From: a virus
Reading direction: 5' to 3' (one strand)
Length of the DNA: 64,000 nucleotides
Virus record (IMG/VR): IMGVR_UViG_3300027754_000045
Location: 89,851 to 153,850 of that record
This document shows positions 1-8,876 of this stretch, piece after piece; position 1 is the first letter of the stretch, and the number at the start of each line of letters is the position of its first letter. The notes beneath the pieces are model-generated. The model made no database searches. It was not told where the DNA came from and was given only the letters and a program-made list of their open reading frames with translations. The position numbers were made by a program, and so were the translations under genes.

Positions 1-2505
1 GGAACGTCATTTACTATAACAGGTACTAATCTTACTGGTACTTCTAGCGTAACTGTTGGCGGTGTTGCAGCAACCAGCGTTGCTGTTGTTTCTGGGACTT
101 CTGTTACGGCTGTTACTCCAGCAGGAACAGCAGGCGTAAAGAGTGTTGTTCTTACTACTCCTGGAGGAACAGCCACTGCATCAAGTGCATTTACCTATAT
201 TGGCGTACCTACAATAACAACAATAAATCCTAGTACTGGTGTATTAGCTGGAGGAACACCATTTACTATAGGAGGAACTAATTTATTAAATACTTCTAGT
301 GTAACTGTTGGCGGTGTTGCGGCAACCAGCGTTACTATTGTTTCTAGTACTTCTGTTACCGCTGTTACTCCAGTAGGAACAGCAGGCGTAAAGAATATTG
401 TTCTTACTACTCCAGGAGGAACAGTAACATTCTCAAGTGCTTTTGAATACACAGATATTGCTGTATTCCCTACAATAACAATTATTGCTCCAATTTCTGG
501 AGTATTAGCAGGAGGAACAACCTTTGGCATAACAGGAACTAATTTATCAGATACTTCTAGCGTAACTATTGGTGGTGTTACCGCTACTAGCCTTACTAAT
601 GTTTCTAGTGTTTTTGTTACTGCACGTACTCCAGCAGGAGCAACAATAGGCTTAAAGAATATTGCTTTAACAACTCCTATAGGAACAGCAATATCAGCAA
701 ATGCATTCACGTATATTGGCCTACCTACAATAACAAGTATTGCTCCAACTTCTGGTGTATTAGCAGGAGGAACAACCTTTGGTATAACAGGAACTAATTT
801 ATCAAATACTTCTAGCGTAACTGTTGGTGGTGTTACGGCTACTAGTCTTACTAATGTTTCTGATACTTCTGTTACTGCACGTACTCCAGCAGGAGTAACA
901 ACAGGATTAAAGAATATCACTTTAATAACTCCAGGAGGAACAACTACTGCACCAAATGCATTTACGTATATTGGCCTACCTACAATAACAGAAATTACTC
1001 CAAATTCTGGTCCAGTAAGCACCGAAACAACTGTAAATATAGATGGCACTAATTTATCAGGTACTTCTAGTGTAACTGTTGGCGGTGTTGCGGCAACTAA
1101 TTTAAATATATTTAGCCCATTTAGCGTAGGGTGTGATTTTCCAGTAGGAACAATAGGTGCAAAGAATGTTGTTCTTACTACTCCAGGAGGAATAACTACT
1201 GCACTAAATGCATTCACGTATATTGGCGTACCTACAATAACAAGTATTTCTCCTACTTCTGGTGTAGTAGCAGGAGGAACAACTATTACTATAACAGGTA
1301 CTAATTTATCAGATACTACTATCGTAACTATTGATGGTGTTGAGGTAACTAGCTTTACTAATGTTTCTAGTACTTCTGTCACGGTTGTTACTCCAGCAGG
1401 AGCAACAATAGGCGCAAAAAATATTGTTCTTACTAATTTCGGAGGAACAGTTACTGCACCAAACGTATTTACGTATATTGGGCTACCTACAATAACAAGT
1501 ATTGCTCCAGCTTCTGGCGTATTAGCAGGAGGAACGACTTTAGGAATAACAGGAACTAATTTATCAGGTACTTCTAGCGTAACTGTTGGTGGTGTTACGG
1601 CTACTAGTCTTACTAATGTTTCTAGTGTTTTTGTTACTGCACGTACTCCAACAGGAGCAATAATAGGAGTAAAGAATATTGTTCTTACTACTCCAGGAGG
1701 AATAACTACTGCACTAAACGCATTTACCTATATTGGCGTACCTACAATAACAACAATAAATCCTAATACTGGTATATTAGCTGGAGGAACATCATTTACT
1801 ATAGCAGGAACTAATTTATCAAATACTTCTAGCGTAACTGTTGGCGGTGTTGCGGCAACGAACGTTACTACTCTTTCTGGGACTTCTGTTACTGCAGTTA
1901 CTCCAGCAGGATCAGCAGGCCTAAAGAATATTGTTCTTACTAATCCAGGAGGAACAGTTACTGCATCAAATGCTTTTGAATACACAGATATTACTATAAT
2001 ACCTACAATAACAAGTATTTCTCCAACTTCTGGCGTATTAGCAGGAGGAACAACTTTAGGCATAACAGGAACTAATTTATCAAATACTACTAGCGTAAAG
2101 GTTGATGGTGTTACCGCTACTAGTCTTACTAATGTTTCTAGTGTTTTTGTTACTGCAGTAACTCCAGCAGGAGCAACAATAGGCCTAAAGAATATTACTC
2201 TAAATACTACTCTTGGAGGAGTAACATCAGTAAATGCATTTACTTATATTGGCCTACCTACAATAACAAGTATTGCTCCAATTTCTGGCGTATTAACAGG
2301 AGGAACAACCTTTGGCATAACAGGAACTAATTTATCAGATACTTCTAGCGTAACTGTTGGTGGTGTTACTGCTACTAGCCTTACTAATGTTTCTAGTGTT
2401 TTTGTTACTGCAGTAACTCCAGCAGGAGCAACAACAGGCGCAAAGAATATTGTTCTTACTACTCCAGGAGGAATAACTACTGCACTAAACGCATTTACTT
2501 ATACG
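1..2505 (+). repeat. Tandem IPT/TIG-coding repeats, ~255-bp unit (9 complete, 1 partial)
   Basis: CCTACAATAACA (PTIT) at 208, 469, 724, 979, 1231, 1486, 1741, 2002 and 2257. Confidence 0.95.
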
Positions 2506-5500
2506 GATTTTAATCTTGATTTTGCAAGAATACAAGTATTAGCAGATACTCGTATAAGTGATTTGTGGGTATTAGATACTACAAAAGCAAAACCTGTTGG
2601 TGTTGTTGCTGGGAAGTTTTATGCTCAAAGTGGCATTGATCGTTCTCAAGGAGGTTACACATCTGCTCCTAATGGAAGATTGACAAAATGGGCACAACCA
2701 TTATTTTATACTCCCAGATCTATGGCAGATGTTATTAAAGGAACAACTGCAATTTCTGGCTTATGTGCAAGCCTAACTTATAATAAATTTGGCATTTTAA
2801 AAAATTTAAATTATTTTTATGGTGGACAGACCTCTGGTAGTGAAGGATCGGTTAATATGTCACGCCTATTGAGACTCAAAGAAGGAATAACTGGAGGAAA
2901 AAATGTAATCAAAAGACCGTATTCTTTTAATGATATTAAAACTTTTGGTTTAAGTGCAGGTCATACACTTTTTGGTAATATTAATAGTGATAAAACAGTA
3001 ACTGCTGTAGCAATAGCATACAATAATCCAAACTCTTGGTCTCTAAAAAGAAATATGTTACTAAGTAGTTTAAGTCAAATTGATGAATGGCAATCTTATA
3101 GAGTTTTAAATTATTTAACACCTCTTGCTATTTCCTGGAGATTTCAAAAAGAAATCAGACAAAATAGTATAGGATTTTCAAATAATGTTTCACAAATATC
3201 TGAATCAGAACTTAACGCAGTAAATACAGATACTCTAAATCATCTTAAAATATTATTAGACGAATATAAAGACCATTATCCGCTAGCAAGACCGAATAAC
3301 GGAGTGAATAATACTCTAGGTAGTAACCAAACTTGGCGTGGAGAGGCAACTAGTGGCTATCCTATGGGTCTGTGTGGTTCTTTTGGTGTTCGAACATCTC
3401 CATATCCGTTAGGAGCAACTCTTGATTTTATTCCTGCACTAGGAGTAAACGGAACAACCTTAGATACTTGGTCTCCTCAAGGATGGACAGCAGATACAGG
3501 AATGTATTTATTTGACGGTTGGGGTATGAGATATATTTTAGAAAATATGATATATTTGGACGGAGTAACATCAGTAATAGAACCAGTTACAACAACAACT
3601 CAACTTAAAGCAGATTCTTCGTGGAATAATATTCTTATAGAAGTAAAAAAATTAATGCTTAAAGAAATTTTTGATTATGTGATACACACAGAAGAAGGAA
3701 GAGCCTGGTATGCTAAAAGAAAGTATTGGCCAGACGGTTCAGAGCGAGACTCACTGATTTATGCAGACTCAAACCCAAATCGAATATGGACAGAACAAGC
3801 AACTGGTTTAACAGGAATTAAGTATTATTATAATCATTATTTTAATGGAACTGGTTATTGGTATCCAGAACCAGATAATAAAGGATATGTAGGAACCAAT
3901 CAAAATATTACTCCTATGGCATATCGTATGTTAGCCACAATGTATTTGTATCCTTATATGACACTAGACAAAGAAAGAACTGCTCTTTTATCTGCGTATA
4001 ATATGATGGCAGAAGAATGTGCTTCGGTGTTAGAACGATTTTTAATGGGAGTTACTTCTTCTCAAGAAAATAGTGCTGGATATTGGACGGAAGGTTGGGG
4101 ATATGCTGCACAATCTATGCCAGATTTTTTGAAAATATTAACCTCTATGAAAACTATGGGAGACAGGAGACTATGGGACAAAAAGTCAACTCCAGACTAT
4201 TTCAATAAAACAATACCAGGAATTTCTTATAGTTCTTGGACAAACAATACTTGGAAATGGATCGTTAGTAGAATAATGCCAAATAATTTAATTATTAATT
4301 CTGGATCATGCAATAGTTCTGGATGGGAAACTATAGGCAACTCTTATCAATTTACACCGTGGGGAGTGTATTTAACTGCTGTGAATGCAAGCGAAAGTCC
4401 TACTCCAGGAACCACGGGATCTGCAATTAGCGAACTTCATGATTGGTTTGATAATAACGCAGGATACGAAGAAGAAATTGAATATTTTTACAATGTTAGA
4501 AAATATCAAGAACGTAATACATATAACGAAAAAATTAACACTCCTTGGTTTTACTCTCCAGGGGACTGTATAGTTACTTGGAAGTCGGAACACGTAATAC
4601 CAAAATTTCAAAGTGATTGGACTTACGGAAATAATACAGAAAGACCTGATGGTAAACCAGGATACGTTGTTAATAATTTTAATAAACCTTTAATTTTTGG
4701 TCTTTGGGCTAAGGGCGTAGGAGTTAGTGACGAAAAAACTAATGTTGATTGCGGTCACATTTCTGCTTATTTGGGCGACGCTGCATTACTAATAGAGACT
4801 GGTGAACCTAGACAGTTACTGGAATTTGATAATGATAAAACAAATAACTATTTTTACGAAAGAGAAACTTTCAGGGTAAAAGGACATAATGTTATGCAAT
4901 TGGGAGAAAGACTTGATTACAAGAATCCCAAATATGCTCCTTGGACTGGAGTAACATTTACCGCAACTGGTGGTAGTGCATTTTTAAATGCAACTTCAAA
5001 TTATAATGTTAGACCATTAAAAATAAGTACTCCTCAACCATTGGGTGATAATCGACCTAATCCAAAAGATGGAGGTTTTCCAACATGGGCAGAAAGTGAT
5101 CCTGCCTGGGATAATGTATCTGACGGATTTTTATATCTTGCAGGAACAACACAAATAGCGAATACACGAGGAGGAGATACTGCACAATATTTGGCTCAAT
5201 CCAGTAATATTCTTGGTGGATCAGAAACTATAGACGGAAGAGCTGGTCAATACGTATTTGAGCCGTATCAATACCAAATAAAAACCTGCACAAGAGGTAT
5301 TACCTGGGAATATTCTGCTGGTGTTGCAAAAATTAGAATTCAGGATATTGTGGGAATAAGTGCATTCAACAACAATCCATCGTTCTGGTCAGCAACTGGT
5401 CCGTATGCAACAGGACCAGACACAAGAGTATATTATCGTTTTCATACTGGATATACTGGAGCAAACGATATAGCAGGAAATCCAAGTTCAACTAGTTGGC

Positions 5501-7344
5501 CATTCTTTACCACCACAGACGCAGGATTAACTTTCTTTTCAGTTTCTGGCACAAACAACAAGACTTGGCAAGCAGCGTGGACACAACCAATACCGTATAA
5601 TACAATGGCATATGATGGTGTTGTGAGCAGATTAGATTCTGTTGGTGTCACAATGACCTTTGTTGGAAGTCAGCCAATTAAATTAACAAAAGAATTATCA
5701 GTAAATCATTCTTTTAAATATTCTTCAGTAACTAAACCAGGAATAGGAATTACTGCTCCTAGTCGCCATTACGCAATTAATATTTTGTTAGGACTATCTG
5801 GTGGAGCGTTTCACGACGAGAAAAACCTTACTCTTAATACCACTATTGATGCGGCAGTTAAAAAGAGAGATAACTTTACTATATTATTTCAAGAGGACGT
5901 TACAGTACAACAAGAAAATAAATTTAATGCACTAGGAGCAAAGAAATATTACATAAACTCTAGAGGACTTTCTGCAGGTAGTTGGAATTTATCCCAATCA
6001 AACATAGATGCAGCTGTTGCATATTTAAAAGGAGATCTTAATGAACAAGGAAGTATGGTATTTGGTAGAGGCATAACTGCAACCAGTAAATCTTTTATAT
6101 TTTTAGATTTTGAATCAACGTATGATCCTATGACTAAATCAGGAGGACCTACTGTAGATGTCATGTTAGTTGATGGTCATACAGGACCAAATGGTTTTAC
6201 AGGACCAGACGATCTTAGTTTTGATCAAACTTTACTAGATGGTCGAATATTTGGTCAAACCTGTGCAAATAAATATTTTTATGAATGGATTGAAGGTGGA
6301 ACGTCAAATAACGGCACAACATTCCACGGATTACGACATTATTTTCCAGGATGCAGTTTTGGTAATTACGGACCACATTGGTGGTGGGGAAATAGCCAAT
6401 GGTTTGGAAAAACTGATGCACAAATTGACGCACAACTAGAAATAGCCGCAAATACTCTTGTGGCTGGTTGTTCTGCTGCTTTTAAGGCATTTGATATATT
6501 TTCTCCTAGTGTTTATTCTAATGTTAATACCAGAAAATTAACCAGATGGAATAATGCACAAAATGTAAGATTGTATAAAAAAATTAATACAATAATGGGT
6601 ACCAATAAACCAATTATGCCTTGGGTTACTCCAACGTATTGGCATAATGGTACTGGTACTCCTTATACCACAGGCAACGCACCAGATGGTTATACAGGTT
6701 TCGAAGCTCAATATACTCCACCATGGACAATACTTCTAGATACTGACATTGTTTATGAAAATGCAGAACCTCTGATAGCCGAAGGAGCCGATGGAGTAAT
6801 GATTTGGGGTAGTCCAGAATATAGAAGCATTCAAATACTTGGTCGTCCTGGTTGTTCGGATTGTAGTGAATTTTCGTTAATTGGTTTCGAGGGACGTACT
6901 GCGCAAGCTGTTGACGGAAAATATCAACAATGGCCATTAGATAAAGCAACAACTCCAGGTGCAAGTCCTACTGGAATAACATTAAACGAATGGTCTTTCT
7001 TTACAGGTCAACGCCAAGCAATTTCTGCTCACGAGAACTATATAAAAGGCAGAGATATGGGTGTTACTGGTAATCGTTGGTGGTGGAAAGAAATTTCAGG
7101 TTCTACAGCGTATACACCACCAGAATGGGGAAATTTAAACACCAATCTTCAATGGAATGATGCAAATATTACTACTGGTACTACTGGTGCAGAAATAATT
7201 ACAAGAACCTATAGAGATACTTTTTATAATATGGCAAAAGTAATTAAAGAATCATACGGAACAAAAGATCAATGGATCTCTGGAATGACTGGACCAATTA
7301 AAGGTCTTACTGGTAACAGAAGAGTTAATGGAGTACAACAATAA
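1..7344 (+). CDS. Giant virion-associated protein (5'-partial): IPT/TIG repeat stalk, heparinase II/III-like region and GH56-like glycoside hydrolase domain
   Basis: Frame +1 reads GTSFTITGTNLTGTSSVTVGGVAA from base 1 and is in frame with the track ORF 2563-7344. Repeats match IPT/TIG (PTITSIxPxSGxxAGGT..ITGTNL..V.VGG..TP.G..F.Y). Later motifs are WTEGWGY, GHISAYLGDAALLIETG, GHNV, FLDFES, FSPSVY and GADGVMIWGS. Confidence 0.85.
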   Translation, partial: GTSFTITGTNLTGTSSVTVGGVAATSVAVVSGTSVTAVTPAGTAGVKSVVLTTPGGTATASSAFTYIGVPTITTINPSTGVLAGGTPFTIGGTNLLNTSSVTVGGVAATSVTIVSSTSVTAVTPVGTAGVKNIVLTTPGGTVTFSSAFEYTDIAVFPTITIIAPISGVLAGGTTFGITGTNLSDTSSVTIGGVTATSLTNVSSVFVTARTPAGATIGLKNIALTTPIGTAISANAFTYIGLPTITSIAPTSGVLAGGTTFGITGTNLSNTSSVTVGGVTATSLTNVSDTSVTARTPAGVTTGLKNITLITPGGTTTAPNAFTYIGLPTITEITPNSGPVSTETTVNIDGTNLSGTSSVTVGGVAATNLNIFSPFSVGCDFPVGTIGAKNVVLTTPGGITTALNAFTYIGVPTITSISPTSGVVAGGTTITITGTNLSDTTIVTIDGVEVTSFTNVSSTSVTVVTPAGATIGAKNIVLTNFGGTVTAPNVFTYIGLPTITSIAPASGVLAGGTTLGITGTNLSGTSSVTVGGVTATSLTNVSSVFVTARTPTGAIIGVKNIVLTTPGGITTALNAFTYIGVPTITTINPNTGILAGGTSFTIAGTNLSNTSSVTVGGVAATNVTTLSGTSVTAVTPAGSAGLKNIVLTNPGGTVTASNAFEYTDITIIPTITSISPTSGVLAGGTTLGITGTNLSNTTSVKVDGVTATSLTNVSSVFVTAVTPAGATIGLKNITLNTTLGGVTSVNAFTYIGLPTITSIAPISGVLTGGTTFGITGTNLSDTSSVTVGGVTATSLTNVSSVFVTAVTPAGATTGAKNIVLTTPGGITTALNAFTYTDFNLDFARIQVLADTRISDLWVLDTTKAKPVGVVAGKFYAQSGIDRSQGGYTSAPNGRLTKWAQPLFYTPRSMADVIKGTTAISGLCASLTYNKFGILKNLNYFYGGQTSGSEGSVNMSRLLRLKEGITGGKNVIKRPYSFNDIKTFGLSAGHTLFGNINSDKTVTAVAIAYNNPNSWSLKRNMLLSSLSQIDEWQSYRVLNYLTPLAISWRFQKEIRQNSIGFSNNVSQISESELNAVNTDTLNHLKILLDEYKDHYPLARPNNGVNNTLGSNQTWRGEATSGYPMGLCGSFGVRTSPYPLGATLDFIPALGVNGTTLDTWSPQGWTADTGMYLFDGWGMRYILENMIYLDGVTSVIEPVTTTTQLKADSSWNNILIEVKKLMLKEIFDYVIHTEEGRAWYAKRKYWPDGSERDSLIYADSNPNRIWTEQATGLTGIKYYYNHYFNGTGYWYPEPDNKGYVGTNQNITPMAYRMLATMYLYPYMTLDKERTALLSAYNMMAEECASVLERFLMGVTSSQENSAGYWTEGWGYAAQSMPDFLKILTSMKTMGDRRLWDKKSTPDYFNKTIPGISYSSWTNNTWKWIVSRIMPNNLIINSGSCNSSGWETIGNSYQFTPWGVYLTAVNASESPTPGTTGSAISELHDWFDNNAGYEEEIEYFYNVRKYQERNTYNEKINTPWFYSPGDCIVTWKSEHVIPKFQSDWTYGNNTERPDGKPGYVVNNFNKPLIFGLWAKGVGVSDEKTNVDCGHISAYLGDAALLIETGEPRQLLEFDNDKTNNYFYERETFRVKGHNVMQLGERLDYKNPKYAPWTGVTFTATGGSAFLNATSNYNVRPLKISTPQPLGDNRPNPKDGGFPTWAESDPAWDNVSDGFLYLAGTTQIANTRGGDTAQYLAQSSNILGGSETIDGRAGQYVFEPYQYQIKTCTRGITWEYSAGVAKIRIQDIVGISAFNNNPSFWSATGPYATGPDTRVYYRFHTGYTGANDIAGNPSSTSWPFFTTTDAGLTFFSVSGTNNKTWQAAWTQPIPYNTMAYDGVVSRLDSVGVTMTFVGSQPIKLTKELSVNHSFKYSSVTKPGIGITAPSRHYAINILLGLSGGAFHDEKNLTLNTTIDAAVKKRDNFTILFQEDVTVQQENKFNALGAKKYYINSRGLSAGSWNLSQSNIDAAVAYLKGDLNEQGSMVFGRGITATSKSFIFLDFESTYDPMTKSGGPTVDVMLVDGHTGPNGFTGPDDLSFDQTLLDGRIFGQTCANKYFYEWIEGGTSNNGTTFHGLRHYFPGCSFGNYGPHWWWGNSQWFGKTDAQIDAQLEIAANTLVAGCSAAFKAFDIFSPSVYSNVNTRKLTRWNNAQNVRLYKKINTIMGTNKPIMPWVTPTYWHNGTGTPYTTGNAPDGYTGFEAQYTPPWTILLDTDIVYENAEPLIAEGADGVMIWGSPEYRSIQILGRPGCSDCSEFSLIGFEGRTAQAVDGKYQQWPLDKATTPGASPTGITLNEWSFFTGQRQAISAHENYIKGRDMGVTGNRWWWKEISGSTAYTPPEWGNLNTNLQWNDANITTGTTGAEIITRTYRDTFYNMAKVIKESYGTKDQWISGMTGPIKGLTGNRRVNGVQQ

Positions 7345-7345
7345 T

Positions 7346-7588
7346 ATGAAAGTTAAAATAAAAGAAAAATATGAAAATATATCATTTATTAATATAACTA
7401 ATGTATATAATTATTCTATACTAAAAATAACAGATAAATCTAAATATATTGTTTTAATTTCTGAAATAAAAGAACCTGTATTTTTTGAAGGAGAACCAGA
7501 GGCTAATTTTATTCCAGATATTCCAGGAGGACGAGAGGATACTGATAATGCATTTACAGACGCACCTTTTCCTGCAATATTATTATAA
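7346..7588 (+). CDS. Hypothetical protein
   Basis: ATG just after the upstream stop; fills the gap. Confidence 0.55.
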   Translation: MKVKIKEKYENISFINITNVYNYSILKITDKSKYIVLISEIKEPVFFEGEPEANFIPDIPGGREDTDNAFTDAPFPAILL

Positions 7589-7591
7589 ATA
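7584..7591 (+). promoter_or_regulatory. T4-type late promoter TATAAATA
   Basis: Exact gp55 consensus 4 nt before ATG 7596. Confidence 0.75.
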
Positions 7592-7595
7592 TTAA

Positions 7596-8861
7596 ATGAA
7601 ACGTTTTTATAATTATTTTCAGTCTACTGAAACTCCTCCAGGATATGTGGAAGGACAGTATTCTTACGGATCTAGTTTTGTACTGAGTGAATCTTGGCAT
7701 GATTACGCTCAAGGATCCGAATTTACTCTAACAGACAATGATGTTCCTGATCGTGTTTATCGCCACGGAGTCGGTGTGGCTGCAGGACAGTTTCGTGACA
7801 GCAAAGGAAACGTGGTAGCGGTTACAGGAAACAGAAACGAATTACATAATTTGTTTCAGTATCGCCCTCAAGAACAAACCCAATACCCAGAACCACAAAC
7901 CAGAATAGAACGAGAGATTGTTCGAGAAACTGGTATTCCTGGACCCAAAGGAGAGAAGGGTGAAGACGGATGGGCTGGTCCCCAAGGAGAGCGAGGTCCT
8001 CGTGGAGATGATGGCCTTCAGGGTGTTCGGGGTCTACAGGGCATTCAGGGAGATCAGGGTCCTCAAGGGCTAGGCGGAGAACAGGGTGATATTGGTCCTC
8101 AAGGAATACAAGGCGACCAGGGTTCTCAAGGAATACAAGGACCACAGGGTGTTCAGGGAGATCAGGGTCCTCAGGGGCTGGGAGGAGAACAGGGTGCTAT
8201 TGGACCTCAAGGCGAACAGGGTACACAGGGAGAACGGGGTATTCCAGGCATTCAGGGCAAGGACGGCTCACAGGGCATTCAGGGGCTTCCTGGAGCCTCT
8301 GGCAAGGATGGTAAGGACGGCAAAACAGGTAAATCTGGACCTCGTGGAGCCCAAGGAACTCAAGGCAAGGCAGGTCCAAAAGGTGATCAGGGAGTAAAGG
8401 GAGATCAGGGTCCGATTGGTCCAGAAGGTGCTCAAGGAGCCATAGGAGAATCGCCAATATTAACTGCCCAGTATCCTTTGGTATTAGAGGATAATGAACT
8501 AACCTTTGATCCCAAGAAAATACAAGAATTTTTATCTGGTTTAATTAAGAGCAAAAGTGACGCTGATCGAGTCTCCCATAACATGGGACTGATGGCTAGT
8601 TCTGGTGGTGGTGCAGTCGGCATCTATAAGGATAAAGCCAGAATTATTAAATCAGTAAATGATATTAATTTTATTGGTAATAATATTGTGGTAACTCGCA
8701 AAGGCAAACAAGTTGATGTGAGTGTTACTGGAGGAGCAGCAGGAGGAGCATTCTACGAATCCGCTACTAGTCCTATAGCTACTTTAATAGACGGAGATCG
8801 TTGGTGGAATACTAATACAGGTAGACTATATACTTGGATTGGAATTTGGGTTGAAATTTAA
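7596..8861 (+). CDS. Collagen-like (Gly-X-Y) virion fibre protein
   Basis: 58 uninterrupted G-X-Y triplets at 7932-8453; C-terminal GDRWWNTNTGRLYTW fibre motif. Confidence 0.9.
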   Translation: MKRFYNYFQSTETPPGYVEGQYSYGSSFVLSESWHDYAQGSEFTLTDNDVPDRVYRHGVGVAAGQFRDSKGNVVAVTGNRNELHNLFQYRPQEQTQYPEPQTRIEREIVRETGIPGPKGEKGEDGWAGPQGERGPRGDDGLQGVRGLQGIQGDQGPQGLGGEQGDIGPQGIQGDQGSQGIQGPQGVQGDQGPQGLGGEQGAIGPQGEQGTQGERGIPGIQGKDGSQGIQGLPGASGKDGKDGKTGKSGPRGAQGTQGKAGPKGDQGVKGDQGPIGPEGAQGAIGESPILTAQYPLVLEDNELTFDPKKIQEFLSGLIKSKSDADRVSHNMGLMASSGGGAVGIYKDKARIIKSVNDINFIGNNIVVTRKGKQVDVSVTGGAAGGAFYESATSPIATLIDGDRWWNTNTGRLYTWIGIWVEI

Positions 8862-8863
8862 CT

Positions 8864-8871
8864 TATAAATA
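8864..8871 (+). promoter_or_regulatory. T4-type late promoter TATAAATA
   Basis: Exact consensus 5 nt before ATG 8877. Confidence 0.75.
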
Positions 8872-8876
8872 CTGTA

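Noticed and set aside
195-2063. Long - strand ORFs 195-1382 and 1728-2063
   Set aside because: They are antisense shadows of the + strand IPT/TIG repeat frame, which is continuous from base 1
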